Shown here: piece after piece, positions 20,914 to 30,500 of the stretch
How positions within the stretch are numbered: the first letter of the stretch is position 1
Layout of the letters: the number at the start of each line of letters is the position of its first letter
Assembly (NCBI GenBank): GCA_043825875.1
Contig: JBDRRF010000076.1
Location: 64,001 to 128,000, forward strand
Source of the DNA: Pseudomonadota bacterium
GTDB taxonomy: Bacteria > Desulfobacterota > Desulfobacteria > Desulfobacterales > RPRI01
Direction: 5' to 3'
DNA length: 64,000 bases
Made by a program: the position numbers and the translations under genes
Notes under the pieces: model-generated
What the model was told of the DNA's origin: nothing
Seen by the model: only the letters and a program-made list of their open reading frames with translations
The model's database searches: none

Positions 20914-21834
20914 CTATTGTTGGGATAATTCTAAAATTGATTTGAGCTTTTCCGTTGCTGTAATTTTCTTTTTGGATTCCATTTTTAATATATTTTCAAC
21001 CTTCCACTTGATCGCTGGTAAATTTTCAAGCCCTGAAATTGAAAGCAAACTGAAATTAGGATTTCCCATTTTAACAGACAATAGGAATTTTCTTTCATTC
21101 TTTGAAAGGTTAGATAATATCAGCGATGGCATTTCTTTTCCTATTTTTTCGAGTTCCTGGTAACTGACCTCAATTGATGGCATCCCTTTGAATTCAGTTT
21201 CATATGCCTGTCTTAAATCTTGAAAATTTGGAGAAAGCAACTCTGACATGGGTCGATTATGGCTGGCAAGATATACGACAAACGCTTGGCTTATTTCTTC
21301 ATTCAGGCCTCCTGCCTCATAAAGGAACTTGATATCAAATAAATCTCGAGGGTGCTGGCGATCCAAAGCTGCACATATCTTACCACCATAAAGATCTGCA
21401 AAGGATAGTACCGGAACCTGCATTTCCATTTTGAATATTTCAACTGCTTTCCTGCATAATGTTTTGTGAACCGTCGGATAACAGCTTCCCCTCAATATCA
21501 AATTCGGCTCGATTTTAACCAGGCTGTCTGTGCTGTTAATAATCAGTTTGTATATATAACCCGTATCTTTTATTTTAACTTTTTGAATCTGACATCCGGG
21601 GAATAATCTTTTAACACTATCTGAAATCCTGCTGAGTGAATTTGTAATATCTTTTAAAGTTTCATCTCTTGATTTAATTGGAAGAAATGTCAAATCAATA
21701 TCAACAGATATCCGAGGCATATCCAAATGAAAAAAATTCAAAGCTGTTCCGCCTTTTAGGGCAAAATCTTTTTCCTGCGCAATTATTGGAAGAATAGACA
21801 GCATAAATTTTGCCTGTTCAAAATATTTTTTCAT
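20914..21834 (-). CDS. abiEii: AbiEii/AbiGii nucleotidyltransferase toxin
   Basis: ALKGGTALN...PRISVDIDL; GKICAALDRQHPRDLFD. Confidence 0.9.
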   Translation of the reverse strand: MKKYFEQAKFMLSILPIIAQEKDFALKGGTALNFFHLDMPRISVDIDLTFLPIKSRDETLKDITNSLSRISDSVKRLFPGCQIQKVKIKDTGYIYKLIINSTDSLVKIEPNLILRGSCYPTVHKTLCRKAVEIFKMEMQVPVLSFADLYGGKICAALDRQHPRDLFDIKFLYEAGGLNEEISQAFVVYLASHNRPMSELLSPNFQDLRQAYETEFKGMPSIEVSYQELEKIGKEMPSLILSNLSKNERKFLLSVKMGNPNFSLLSISGLENLPAIKWKVENILKMESKKKITATEKLKSILELSQQ

Positions 21835-21836
21835 TT

Positions 21837-22631
21837 TTATGGGATATCCGTTAAGCTGATACTCTTAATCTCATCAGGGACTGTAATTTGATATTTTTTG
21901 TTTAGAATCCCATTGGCTACAACTTGCCGTTTCCCTTTTCCCAGGTCAATCTTTTCTATATCCAGTTTCTGAAACCAGGGCATGTTATATGTGTCCGCAA
22001 AATAGAGGAATAATCGTTTCGATTTTATTGAACTGCATGTTTCGAGAAGGGTTTGTATGTATTCGCATCGCAATGATAATAGACTTTCCATAAAATGACC
22101 CGCCTCTTCAAAAGAATGGTATATAGGAACCAGAGAACACAATTCAATCATGGCGCGTTCGGGTGCAGACCCTTTTATTTCATAATTGCCCATATTAAAA
22201 TCCATTAATCCAAAATCCGGCCGGGATTGAAAAATATTTAATCTTTTAAAACACAATTCATCTTCCCATGGATGTTTTATGAACCACCTTGGCAGTTGAA
22301 TTTTGTTCGGTGCAAAAAGATATATTTTTGCTGTTCGTCCCAATTGGATATTATGTCCGAATCCAGATAATTCCAAGGCAGTTTTCCCACCAACATGCAC
22401 ACAAATGCTTAATTGATGCTGAACAGCATATAATCCCCCTTGCCAGTCAACAGAATCTCCATATTGGATATATGCGCCGCTTCCTATTTTAGTTACCCAG
22501 GGTGCTTTCTGATAATAATCTAATAGCTGCTGATATCCGCCATGATCTCGAAACCACGTTAATGTACCCACGGTTCCTTTGGGCCAGTTCCGAAGAATTC
22601 GGTTTAATATATTTCTATTTTCACCAGTCAT
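21837..22631 (-). CDS. abiEi: Type IV TA antitoxin AbiEi family
   Basis: GGKTALEL.G, SAPERA..E, C.SIK.KRLFL, LGKGKR; directly upstream of AbiEii. Confidence 0.85.
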   Translation of the reverse strand: MTGENRNILNRILRNWPKGTVGTLTWFRDHGGYQQLLDYYQKAPWVTKIGSGAYIQYGDSVDWQGGLYAVQHQLSICVHVGGKTALELSGFGHNIQLGRTAKIYLFAPNKIQLPRWFIKHPWEDELCFKRLNIFQSRPDFGLMDFNMGNYEIKGSAPERAMIELCSLVPIYHSFEEAGHFMESLLSLRCEYIQTLLETCSSIKSKRLFLYFADTYNMPWFQKLDIEKIDLGKGKRQVVANGILNKKYQITVPDEIKSISLTDIP

Positions 22632-22741
22632 GTTTGTGATTATAAATCAAAATCAAACAAAGTTCAAGCCTGTAGTTTAATATTATTGATATTTAACAAG
22701 TTATACTTGTGGTTTTATGACATATCTATTAGCAATTTTTG

Positions 22742-22791
22742 CAGTAACATGAACATCTGCGGCTTGCCCGCCAGCATGTTCGTTGTTGGGA
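22742..22791 (-). repeat. Short or degenerate attC-like site
   Basis: Minus strand TCCCAAC...GAACATGCTGGCGGGCAAGCCGCAGATGTTC..GTTACTG; 50 bp palindrome. Confidence 0.45.
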
Positions 22792-22935
22792 TATATTTGA
22801 TCAAGGGTCAAACGTAGACGCGACCCCTTTTATTCATCCGGTTAATCAAGGTGGTCGAAAGATTCGATTAAAAAAGCATTAATGTCTTCTTTTCTATAAA
22901 TAAGTTTATAAGTTGCATGCGTCCCTAACACTACC

Positions 22936-23163
22936 CCCTTCGACAATCTGGGTGATATTATTCCTCGCTCAGAAACAATAATACCTGAAAGTAACGAGAA
23001 AAATCCTTTCAGTCTTGAACAAACAATGTTGCAAGCAATAGTAAAAGCCCTGAAAATGGCCAATGGCCGTGTAGGAGGTGAAAATGGCGCAGCAAAGATT
23101 CTGGAAATAAATCCTTCAACACTTCGGACCAAAATGCGTAAGCTCGGCATCCATGCCAAGTGA
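22936..23163 (+). pseudogene. Orphan C-terminal Fis-type HTH of a sigma-54 activator
   Basis: Reads SLEQTMLQAIVKALKMANGRVGGENGAAKILEINPSTLRTKMRKLGI; no upstream AAA+ domain. Confidence 0.7.
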
Positions 23164-23280
23164 ATAGTCCACTCGGTATTTTATAAAACAGACAGAAACT
23201 ACACATTACCCCTTTATTACTTCCACCTACAAAGAAATGCTATAGGATTCTTTAGGAACTGTTTATTACTAAAGGAAAGA

Positions 23281-23340
23281 AAGTAACGGTTGAACTATGC
23301 GGCGCAGCGTTTTAGCGCCCGCACCAGTGATAGGTTATAG
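23281..23340 (-). repeat. attC site
   Basis: Minus strand CTATAAC...GTTACTT, 60 bp, internal palindrome, right after the stop of 23343..24500; clearly homologous to the site at 26134. Confidence 0.75.
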
Positions 23341-23342
23341 CC

Positions 23343-24500
23343 TTACCAATCCATATTTAATGCATTATTAAATTCTTGTTCCATATATTCAATAAAGTCA
23401 TTGAAATCTTGCTCGGATTTCATTGCATTGGAATAGAGACCTTTTGTCTCATCATTAAAAACAACGGGAAGGCCGCTTTTAATATACATCATTCCGTATT
23501 TTGAAATGCTACTACTATCAAGAAAGTTGTCAAAATCATCAAAGACATTGCATATGGATACGAACTCAAACTCATTATGTGTCGAAAATATAAAGTGAGT
23601 TTTTGTTTTACTTTTGGTCAAAGACATTGGTATCGCTCCAATGTGTGGCATGTGGACCTTAAATGAACCACCACCTTTTTGAAAATTACCATGTGCTGCA
23701 ATATTTCTGTAACGCTCCTTTACTTCGCAAATAGCATCATAATGAATCTTTGGAGAGCCACCTTTAGATATATCAAAGAGCGTTTTATATTTTTCACCCC
23801 AGTTCTGACCGACGAACTTAGATAAATCAGATTCAGTTACAAAGACCATAATAAATGGTTTGATTAAAACCAAGATATGCTCAAGCAAACTAAAGTAAGC
23901 GTCAATCATAGCGACTGCATAGTTATAACCTTTATTTTGTTCCTTTAATAAAGCATTATATGCCACCATATGATCTTCAAAGCTATTAAAATCAAAATCC
24001 TCATTTTTAGTGTTTTTTAAGTGCCTTTCTGCCTTCTCTCTGAAATACTCGTAGCGGGATCGAAGATGATAATAGTCATTTGAAATAGTAATTTTGCCGG
24101 AATCTACCTGGCTTTTTATTATTGGTTCTATCAGCTTTTCTGCTGTTGGGATTGCTTTTTTTATTACTCTTAATGCTTCTATAGCTATTTTGGCAGCCTC
24201 AGGCTTATCCGAATAAGTTTTAATCTGAAATCCAAATTTTTTATGTGCTAACATCATGGGTACATTCTTGTATTTAATCGGTATTTCCCAATTAACTTTT
24301 TCCCATTGTCCCCCGAAAGAGTATTTCTTTAAATACACAAATATTATAAAAATAATGTACGGTGGAGGTTTATCTTCAAACTTGATTTCTACAAGGTGGC
24401 CGGCGTTCGGGTCCATCCAGTGTTTATTAGCTTCATCATCAGGAAAGAAATTTTTCAATTTCAAGTCTAATGAATTCATTAACTTCTGGGTAGCTACCAT
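23343..24500 (-). CDS. Cassette-borne hypothetical protein with a HEPN-like RX4H motif
   Basis: 385 aa; YFSLLEHIL helix followed by RNIAAH. Confidence 0.6.
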   Translation of the reverse strand: MVATQKLMNSLDLKLKNFFPDDEANKHWMDPNAGHLVEIKFEDKPPPYIIFIIFVYLKKYSFGGQWEKVNWEIPIKYKNVPMMLAHKKFGFQIKTYSDKPEAAKIAIEALRVIKKAIPTAEKLIEPIIKSQVDSGKITISNDYYHLRSRYEYFREKAERHLKNTKNEDFDFNSFEDHMVAYNALLKEQNKGYNYAVAMIDAYFSLLEHILVLIKPFIMVFVTESDLSKFVGQNWGEKYKTLFDISKGGSPKIHYDAICEVKERYRNIAAHGNFQKGGGSFKVHMPHIGAIPMSLTKSKTKTHFIFSTHNEFEFVSICNVFDDFDNFLDSSSISKYGMMYIKSGLPVVFNDETKGLYSNAMKSEQDFNDFIEYMEQEFNNALNMDW

Positions 24501-24518
24501 GTTCTTATTCTCAATTTG

Positions 24519-24586
24519 CTATAACGCTGAACCGGATTTTGGAGGCGCTCGCGCCGGAAAATTTCCGGTTAATCAATTCGTTAGCT
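24519..24586 (-). repeat. attC site
   Basis: Minus strand AGCTAAC...AACCGGAAATTTT...AAAATCCGGTT..GTTATAG, 68 bp. Confidence 0.78.
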
Positions 24587-24587
24587 T

Positions 24588-25637
24588 TTATTGTCTGTTT
24601 AATAAATTGACCATTATTTTGTCGTATTTTATTGTCCAATCCTTAAAAATATTTAAAGAATTATAATAGTCCATATAGTAATTAATTAGATTACTTGATG
24701 TCCTTTTCTGTGGGGGTAAAGGTTCCTCTTTTACCATATTGATTAGCATTTCTTTGATATTTTTATCTTTTGGTTGATTATCAACCATTTTAATACTGTT
24801 TATCCATTCATCTACTATAAAAGTTGAGAATAAAAAATTTTCTAAGAGATCTTTTAATTCCGGTGATAGTTTAAGGTTGTTGTAAGAGAAAAGGAATTTA
24901 ATATTTTCACCTAAACTATACACTGTATTATAGAAAACTTGGTAAATCCTTTCTGACCCACTTAAATTTAATAAGGAGATATTATGTAAATTGTATATAT
25001 TGTTAAATGATATCGTTAAAAATGATAAATTATTGTTTTGAAAATCTGTTGTTTGTATTTCATCGTAATCAAAGACTGAAGCACAAATGCTGAATTTAAG
25101 TAAAACTATATTCTTGTACAATAAGTTATAAATAAACGTTGTATCTTTTATTAATATGCTTGATTTAATTCCATGCTCGAATTTGCTTGAGATATCAAAG
25201 AAATCGTCGTCTTGAATATCAGGGGTTGTTATGTTTATTAGTTGAGAAATGCGCTTAAATAGTTTTCCTATATCTTCTTTTTTGTTAAGAGTACCAGCCT
25301 GAAATGAATTTAGAGGAACAGATAAATCACCTGGCTGAAGACCTGAATGACATAAAGGAACTACTGGAATTTTATTTACCCAACCAGCACCTGCTTCAAA
25401 ATTGATCCAAGGTCTACCAACTGATAGCGGGCTACAAATGACGACCAAAAGTATACACTCGCTTAAAGAACTTTTAATTACAGATAACCAATCATCTCCC
25501 AATTTCAAGCTTTCTTCATGAGAGGAAACAAATACATCTACACTTTTTAAAAACTTCCTATCTATGAAATCTTTCAAATGATTTGCAATATTACTTTCTT
25601 CATTGATATGTGAAATAAATATAATTGGTTTTTTCAT
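24588..25637 (-). CDS. TIR-domain protein (cassette)
   Basis: IFISH, GDDW...I, SP.SV.RPWINFEAGA with the catalytic-position Glu; unknown C-terminal domain. Confidence 0.85.
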   Translation of the reverse strand: MKKPIIFISHINEESNIANHLKDFIDRKFLKSVDVFVSSHEESLKLGDDWLSVIKSSLSECILLVVICSPLSVGRPWINFEAGAGWVNKIPVVPLCHSGLQPGDLSVPLNSFQAGTLNKKEDIGKLFKRISQLINITTPDIQDDDFFDISSKFEHGIKSSILIKDTTFIYNLLYKNIVLLKFSICASVFDYDEIQTTDFQNNNLSFLTISFNNIYNLHNISLLNLSGSERIYQVFYNTVYSLGENIKFLFSYNNLKLSPELKDLLENFLFSTFIVDEWINSIKMVDNQPKDKNIKEMLINMVKEEPLPPQKRTSSNLINYYMDYYNSLNIFKDWTIKYDKIMVNLLNRQ

Positions 25638-25655
25638 TTATTATACCTAGTAGAA

Positions 25656-25713
25656 TGCTAACGTGGCCTTCAGCCGTGAGCGAAGCGAGTCGGACTGCAA
25701 GGCGAGGTTAGAG
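25656..25713 (-). repeat. attC site
   Basis: Minus strand CTCTAAC..GCCTTGCAG...CTGAAGGC..GTTAGCA, 58 bp, extrahelical base visible in the L-box pair. Confidence 0.8.
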
Positions 25714-25753
25714 TGTTTTATAGCACTAAGCGGAAAAAATTTTAGTAAGGACA

Positions 25754-26125
25754 CTATTTGCATGGAAATGCCTCCCTAAGCGCATCCAAGACTAAACCAC
25801 ATTCATGTTCATGTAGTTTGTTTGGATGGTCGCGTAAGTACTTTACTATTACCCTGGCCTTTTGTTCATGGCTGACTCCTTCTGGAATGCAGAAGAATAT
25901 TTCTTTTTTATCCTTCAGAACTACTGAATAGATGATGTTTAGATCGGCCATGCCTTGTAAATAGCCGACGCAAAATCCGCCACTTAGCGCCCCGGCTATG
26001 TCGACATCCTTTCCTTCTGCGGCATCCAGCATATGTTGGCATCCTCGTAATAGCTTATTTCCATCCGCAAACGATGGTGCCGCTGCAAATAATACTATAG
26101 TTAATGCAATTAAGAGTCTGGACAT
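25754..26125 (-). CDS. Rap1a/Tai-family immunity-like exported protein (cassette)
   Basis: Signal peptide; GN.L...C, C.GY..G, FCIPEGV, YL..HP, AL.EAFPC. True start 26125; the longer ORF reads through the attC. Confidence 0.82.
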   Translation of the reverse strand: MSRLLIALTIVLFAAAPSFADGNKLLRGCQHMLDAAEGKDVDIAGALSGGFCVGYLQGMADLNIIYSVVLKDKKEIFFCIPEGVSHEQKARVIVKYLRDHPNKLHEHECGLVLDALREAFPCK

Positions 26126-26133
26126 ATCTTCAC

Positions 26134-26192
26134 CTCTAATGTTTGAACTGTGCGGCACAGTTATTTGCGTCCGCACAAGTGACTCGTTATGT
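26134..26192 (-). repeat. attC site (R' core reads ATT rather than GTT)
   Basis: Minus strand ACATAAC...ATTAGAG, 59 bp; the upstream gene's TAA stop lies inside the R'' box. Confidence 0.75.
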
Positions 26193-26984
26193 GCCTTTAT
26201 CGCTAATCTTAAGCCCCCATTCAAAAATCTCGACACCCATAACCTCTTTTAGAAAAGCTATAGTTGCATGATACTTAACTGCCTCATGTCCTGAAAAATC
26301 ACCCCTCTTTGCGAAGGTTGCTGCACTATCGACAAGGAATCTAAATCCCCGGATATCATTCGGAAATTCTGGCATATCCCATTCCATATATGGCCGACTA
26401 ATTTCGCCAATTAAATCATCCTCATACCAACTGCATAATCTACGGAAAGGATTTAAGAGCAAAACTTCGTCTTCTCTAATTTTCCATGTATGTTCGCTTT
26501 CTAATACTTTTATAGTATCATTGTATTTTCTTTCATATATTTTCCATGCTGATGGCTGGATTGTAATTCCGATCCACTGCTCTCGTCTTTCCGCTTCGTA
26601 CGCTTCAATAAGTGCTTTTCCGAAATAAAGCTGATGTTTGTTAGAAGAGTCAGCTTTAACCTCAAATTCGCCAAATGTAATTGATCCTCTGGCGGTAATT
26701 CCTTTTGCGAGCAATGCAGACAAAAGCATTGCCCCGATCGCATAAATATCCAAGAATGCCCAATCTCCATAGCCCTTAGGGTCTTGATAAAATAAAAATG
26801 TATCTGAAAAATATATTGTTTTAAATTGCCTATTTAATTCTTCCCATCGTGAAAATGATCGGAGAGCAGAATCTATGACATCGTAAACCTCCTGCGGACT
26901 TTTATTTTCCACGAGTTTACTGAAGCCAAGAAGATCCAAAAATAAAAGATACCTTCCATTGGTTAGACTTATTTCGCACATCAT
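26187..26984 (-). CDS. Class III nucleotidyl-cyclase-like protein (cassette)
   Basis: LFLDLLGFS, FSDT, RGSITFGE, GKALIEAYEAE; ATG 26984 after AGGAAG. Confidence 0.6.
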   Translation of the reverse strand: MMCEISLTNGRYLLFLDLLGFSKLVENKSPQEVYDVIDSALRSFSRWEELNRQFKTIYFSDTFLFYQDPKGYGDWAFLDIYAIGAMLLSALLAKGITARGSITFGEFEVKADSSNKHQLYFGKALIEAYEAERREQWIGITIQPSAWKIYERKYNDTIKVLESEHTWKIREDEVLLLNPFRRLCSWYEDDLIGEISRPYMEWDMPEFPNDIRGFRFLVDSAATFAKRGDFSGHEAVKYHATIAFLKEVMGVEIFEWGLKISDKGT

Positions 26985-27087
26985 TCTTCCTATTTGCATT
27001 CGTAATTGTATGCATGTCACTCTTGATCACTGCATTAACATTATCGTTGATAATTTCTTTTTTTGTAGTTTTACTGACGGTACCTAC

Positions 27088-27541
27088 TTATTTTGTAAAT
27101 TCATTGTTACGCAACATCGCTTCAACTGCTTCCGATGGTGTCTTCAGGTCAATATTTACCTTATGCTTATTCTCAATTTGATATTTTATAGTTTGCATAT
27201 GAGATTTAGCTCTCCGAAGGGCCAAGAAAGGATTTTTGACGTAGTACCATTTTTCGCCTGGTAGCGCAGGAGGAATGCCCAACTCTGCCATACCTAAAGC
27301 ATAAAAACTATACTTCAACATATCAGCCATAATTTGATAGAGGCATTCCCCCACCAACGCGTCTCCGCAAATCCTCCGTTTGTTCTTGCACCTTTTCTTG
27401 CTGGTCTTTTGTCAGTCTGTCATATGTGTATTTCGCGAAATATGCGTTCAGTACTACGGCATAATTATTTGACTTACGGTATACACGATAAACAATATAA
27501 AGCAGAATAACCAGTGCAATCACTATCCCCAAATAATTCAT
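27088..27541 (-). pseudogene. Probable frameshifted membrane-anchored hypothetical gene
   Basis: Two overlapping same-strand ORFs (27323..27541 with an N-terminal TM, and 27088..27357) that look like one gene. Confidence 0.45.
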
Positions 27542-28008
27542 TTTTAAATTCCTATCATAATAATTAATATACGTAATATGACTTTATTTGATACCGGGAA
27601 GAAATCTGTATGCAAAGTAGTTAATTTGTAAAGGAATTTAGAGCTTTTGTCAAATTTTTAGTGTGTTATTCTGTAATTGCTATTTATTATCTGTTAACAC
27701 GTATCACGTATAACACAGGAGTTTGTACTGTTGATTTCATCTGTGTTGATTACAGAATGAAACCTTGGGAAACAAAGACGTTTATCAGATTACTTCTTTC
27801 AGGAAGCTATACAATAAAAAAACAGTTGTAAGATTTTTCACGATCAGCAACCCGCCGGAAACGCAGCCTTCACAAGCGAAGTCTTTGTGAAAGGCGTGGT
27901 TGTAAAATATTTTAAAGGGCAGAGCTGTGAACTGTGTGGGCCTGACACCCATGTTGCCCGTCAATGCGACCCCCATTATTTCGGTCACGGCTCACGCCTT
28001 CATTAAAT

Positions 28009-28251
28009 TCACCGCATTTTAATAAACTTAATCCGAAGATAAACGGCCAACACAAACCATGCGACAGCAATTACATTCCATACCTTATTGTCGGCTAACA
28101 CCTCAAAGATCCTTGGCAGAAACACACATGAGAGTATAGATATCCAAAAAAATATTCTTACTACAACCTCATCTTCGGGCCTAGGATCAAAAATACGATA
28201 TAAGATACTTCTTTGTTCTTGATCCGATTTTGATGAATTCTTGTTTTCCAT
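28009..28251 (-). CDS. Small two-TM hypothetical protein
   Basis: 80 aa, GAGG RBS, two hydrophobic segments. Confidence 0.5.
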   Translation of the reverse strand: MENKNSSKSDQEQRSILYRIFDPRPEDEVVVRIFFWISILSCVFLPRIFEVLADNKVWNVIAVAWFVLAVYLRIKFIKMR

Positions 28252-28584
28252 ATCCTCTCGTTTCAGATGGAGAAAGGGGCCTCTAAATTGCTATAAATCG
28301 TCTTTGGGTCAGGTCTGCTCTTGGCTCTTGTATCGTATATGAAATATACTCAAGAGTAAAAAAGGGATCACAATTTCAGACCCGCACGCCTTTTGCATTT
28401 CTATTGAGCCAGAGTACCTTCTCCCTTGTTTTTGTACGTGATGGGCCATACCATATGTCCCAATTGCTTTCCTGGAAAATTGACAACTGCTAACGTTTTC
28501 GCCTCTACCCTCTTCCGTATTCTCTTCAATATCTCTCGGATTAGGATGAAATACAGGTCAAATGTAGACCCCATTACTGACCTT

Positions 28585-28652
28585 TCATGACGGCCTGTTT
28601 CACTGGGAGAGGCCGACTATCCACGATCCAGTGCGAGCTATTGCTGTTGAGG
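28585..28652 (-). repeat. Degenerate attC-like site
   Basis: Minus strand CCTCAAC...CACTGG...CCAGTG...GTCATGA downstream of 28701..29444. Confidence 0.45.
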
Positions 28653-28700
28653 GAATTTTACTACTATTAACTGTTACGGCAGCAAACCATCAAAATCTAT

Positions 28701-29444
28701 TCAATTTAACAAGCTAAATGAATTTAGGATATATAGTAATTCTTCGCGAGTTTGTGTTGTTAAACCTTCTTCAGTTGGTAATTGTGAAGCGGTAACAACA
28801 AAGGCCAATCCATTTCTAAGTATAATTTTCGCAAATTGAAATACCCTTCCGATTGGGCTAATTTGTGAGTACACAATTAATCCCGAACTTGTATTCGCAT
28901 CTATCTTAGATAAATAAACCTCCCAACCGAGCACCTTCATTTTTTGTGTTGATAAATGCATATACTGGTCAGTAGTCATAGCTGCGCAATCTTCAACTAT
29001 AATATTTACATTTGGAACAAAATCTCCAACTTTTTCAGTTTTTGTTATCAAAATCGGAACATTTACCGATGATGGGATGCCATGCTGGTTTAAGGTTGCT
29101 TGATTTAAACTATTATTAGCTACCCATTTACCATTTGGCCAACTTATTTGAAATTTGTATTGCGCACTTGTATATTTGCAGATAATCCCTTCGTCTATAT
29201 CTCTTGCAGCTTTTTTTTCTCTAACAGATATTTCAGTATCTCCAATGGGTGTTTTTGTCGTTTTTGAAGAGAATTTAAATTTACCAACCCCAATTTCTGC
29301 ATCTGTTAAACGCGCGCTTAAATCATCGAATAAAATAATGATTGGTTTGCGAAAAATAATAAAAATAATCAAAAGAATGATTGGCCATGATGTGATCACT
29401 TCGATGAACCTAAGCAAAGCATCAACAAAGTCTTTAATTGCCAT
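28701..29444 (-). CDS. Membrane-anchored hypothetical protein, PsbP/DcrB-like C-terminus
   Basis: SWP TM helix; FQISWP..W, PNVNI.VE, ILNSF. Confidence 0.55.
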   Translation of the reverse strand: MAIKDFVDALLRFIEVITSWPIILLIIFIIFRKPIIILFDDLSARLTDAEIGVGKFKFSSKTTKTPIGDTEISVREKKAARDIDEGIICKYTSAQYKFQISWPNGKWVANNSLNQATLNQHGIPSSVNVPILITKTEKVGDFVPNVNIIVEDCAAMTTDQYMHLSTQKMKVLGWEVYLSKIDANTSSGLIVYSQISPIGRVFQFAKIILRNGLAFVVTASQLPTEEGLTTQTREELLYILNSFSLLN

Positions 29445-29517
29445 TTTTCACCTACTTTTTTCTATTACCCGTAGAAAAAACGGTTGGTTGGAATAAATAA
29501 AAAACAAAAAACGATGC

Positions 29518-29606
29518 CCTTAACGTTTGGGATATGCGGCAAACGGTGTAAATATAATAATATATTGAATAAATTTCCGTCCATACCGGAAATCCCGAGG
29601 CTATCA
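29518..29606 (-). repeat. Degenerate attC-like site
   Basis: Plus strand CCTTAACGTTTGGGATATGCGG...CCGGAAATCCCGAGGCTATCA; its start resembles the 23281 and 26134 sites. Confidence 0.45.
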
Positions 29607-29798
29607 TTACCATAACAAAGATTATATTGGCAACATATAATTGATATTATAGCAATTATCTTACTTGTTTAACACCTTCATGTTTACAGTTACACATCAC
29701 AGATCGCGGCATTCCCAATCTGCTTACAGCGACTATTTGTGCCATACGCATTTCGTTAATTACCCAGCGTTTGTCTATCTCTGTTCCGGGTATGGGAA

Positions 29799-30500
29799 TT
29801 AGTCTGGCTGCGATATAATAGGATCGGGCAAAATGATTTGGTCATTATCGATAGTAATATTTATGAGCGATTGTTTTTTTATGCTTCTTAGGCGGTTCAA
29901 ATCCACATTAAAGTATTTTGCAATATCTTCGTCAAAAATTATTGCTTCCGATTTGTTTCTTCTTTCTCCTCTTCTAAGAAACCACAAATAATTGTAAACT
30001 GTCCATCCAAGCATAATAAACAAAACCACCAGCAAGGCAGACCCGCTATTTGTTAATGCGTTTATAATTTCCTCAAAACCCCCGCCTATCAGATTTTCGG
30101 TGTAGTATAAATGAAATCCTAAAACCCACAGGCAAAGAGTTAATAAAGGCATTAACCAATATGCCCACAATGCCCAGAGGGCAAAAGTAAATGAGCCTTC
30201 GAACAGATAACGTACAGGAGATTTTAATTCCGGCTTATCAATGATTTTAGGTTGTGTACCCAAAAAATAAAATACAAAGACCAGCTTGTCATTTATCCCG
30301 CCTGTGAAATCAATCACGGGAAACAGCATCCGGATATCGAAAATTTGCATAATATATGAAAAAAGCGGCTTTGCCAGGCAAGCAAAAAGACCCCAGCAGA
30401 CAAGGGTTAATAACCCTTCTGAAAATTTTTGCAAACCGGATTTAAGCTCCGGCTTATCAATTATTTTAATGTATGCAGGCCTCTGTCCGGACTTTGCCAT
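29799..30500 (-). CDS. pgaD: PgaD with a duplicated N-terminal module
   Basis: Follows pgaC; T...W..W.Y TM, W..YN...F...RR motif. Confidence 0.8.
   Translation of the reverse strand: MAKSGQRPAYIKIIDKPELKSGLQKFSEGLLTLVCWGLFACLAKPLFSYIMQIFDIRMLFPVIDFTGGINDKLVFVFYFLGTQPKIIDKPELKSPVRYLFEGSFTFALWALWAYWLMPLLTLCLWVLGFHLYYTENLIGGGFEEIINALTNSGSALLVVLFIMLGWTVYNYLWFLRRGERRNKSEAIIFDEDIAKYFNVDLNRLRSIKKQSLINITIDNDQIILPDPIISQPD

Noticed and set aside
23343..26984. Canonical Thoeris, CBASS or Pycsar operon
   Set aside because: No ThsA, CD-NTase or cNMP-binding effector recognised, and the genes are separated by attC sites.
28395..28530. csaA-like fragment (VVNFPGKQLG)
   Set aside because: A single short motif with no supporting flanks.
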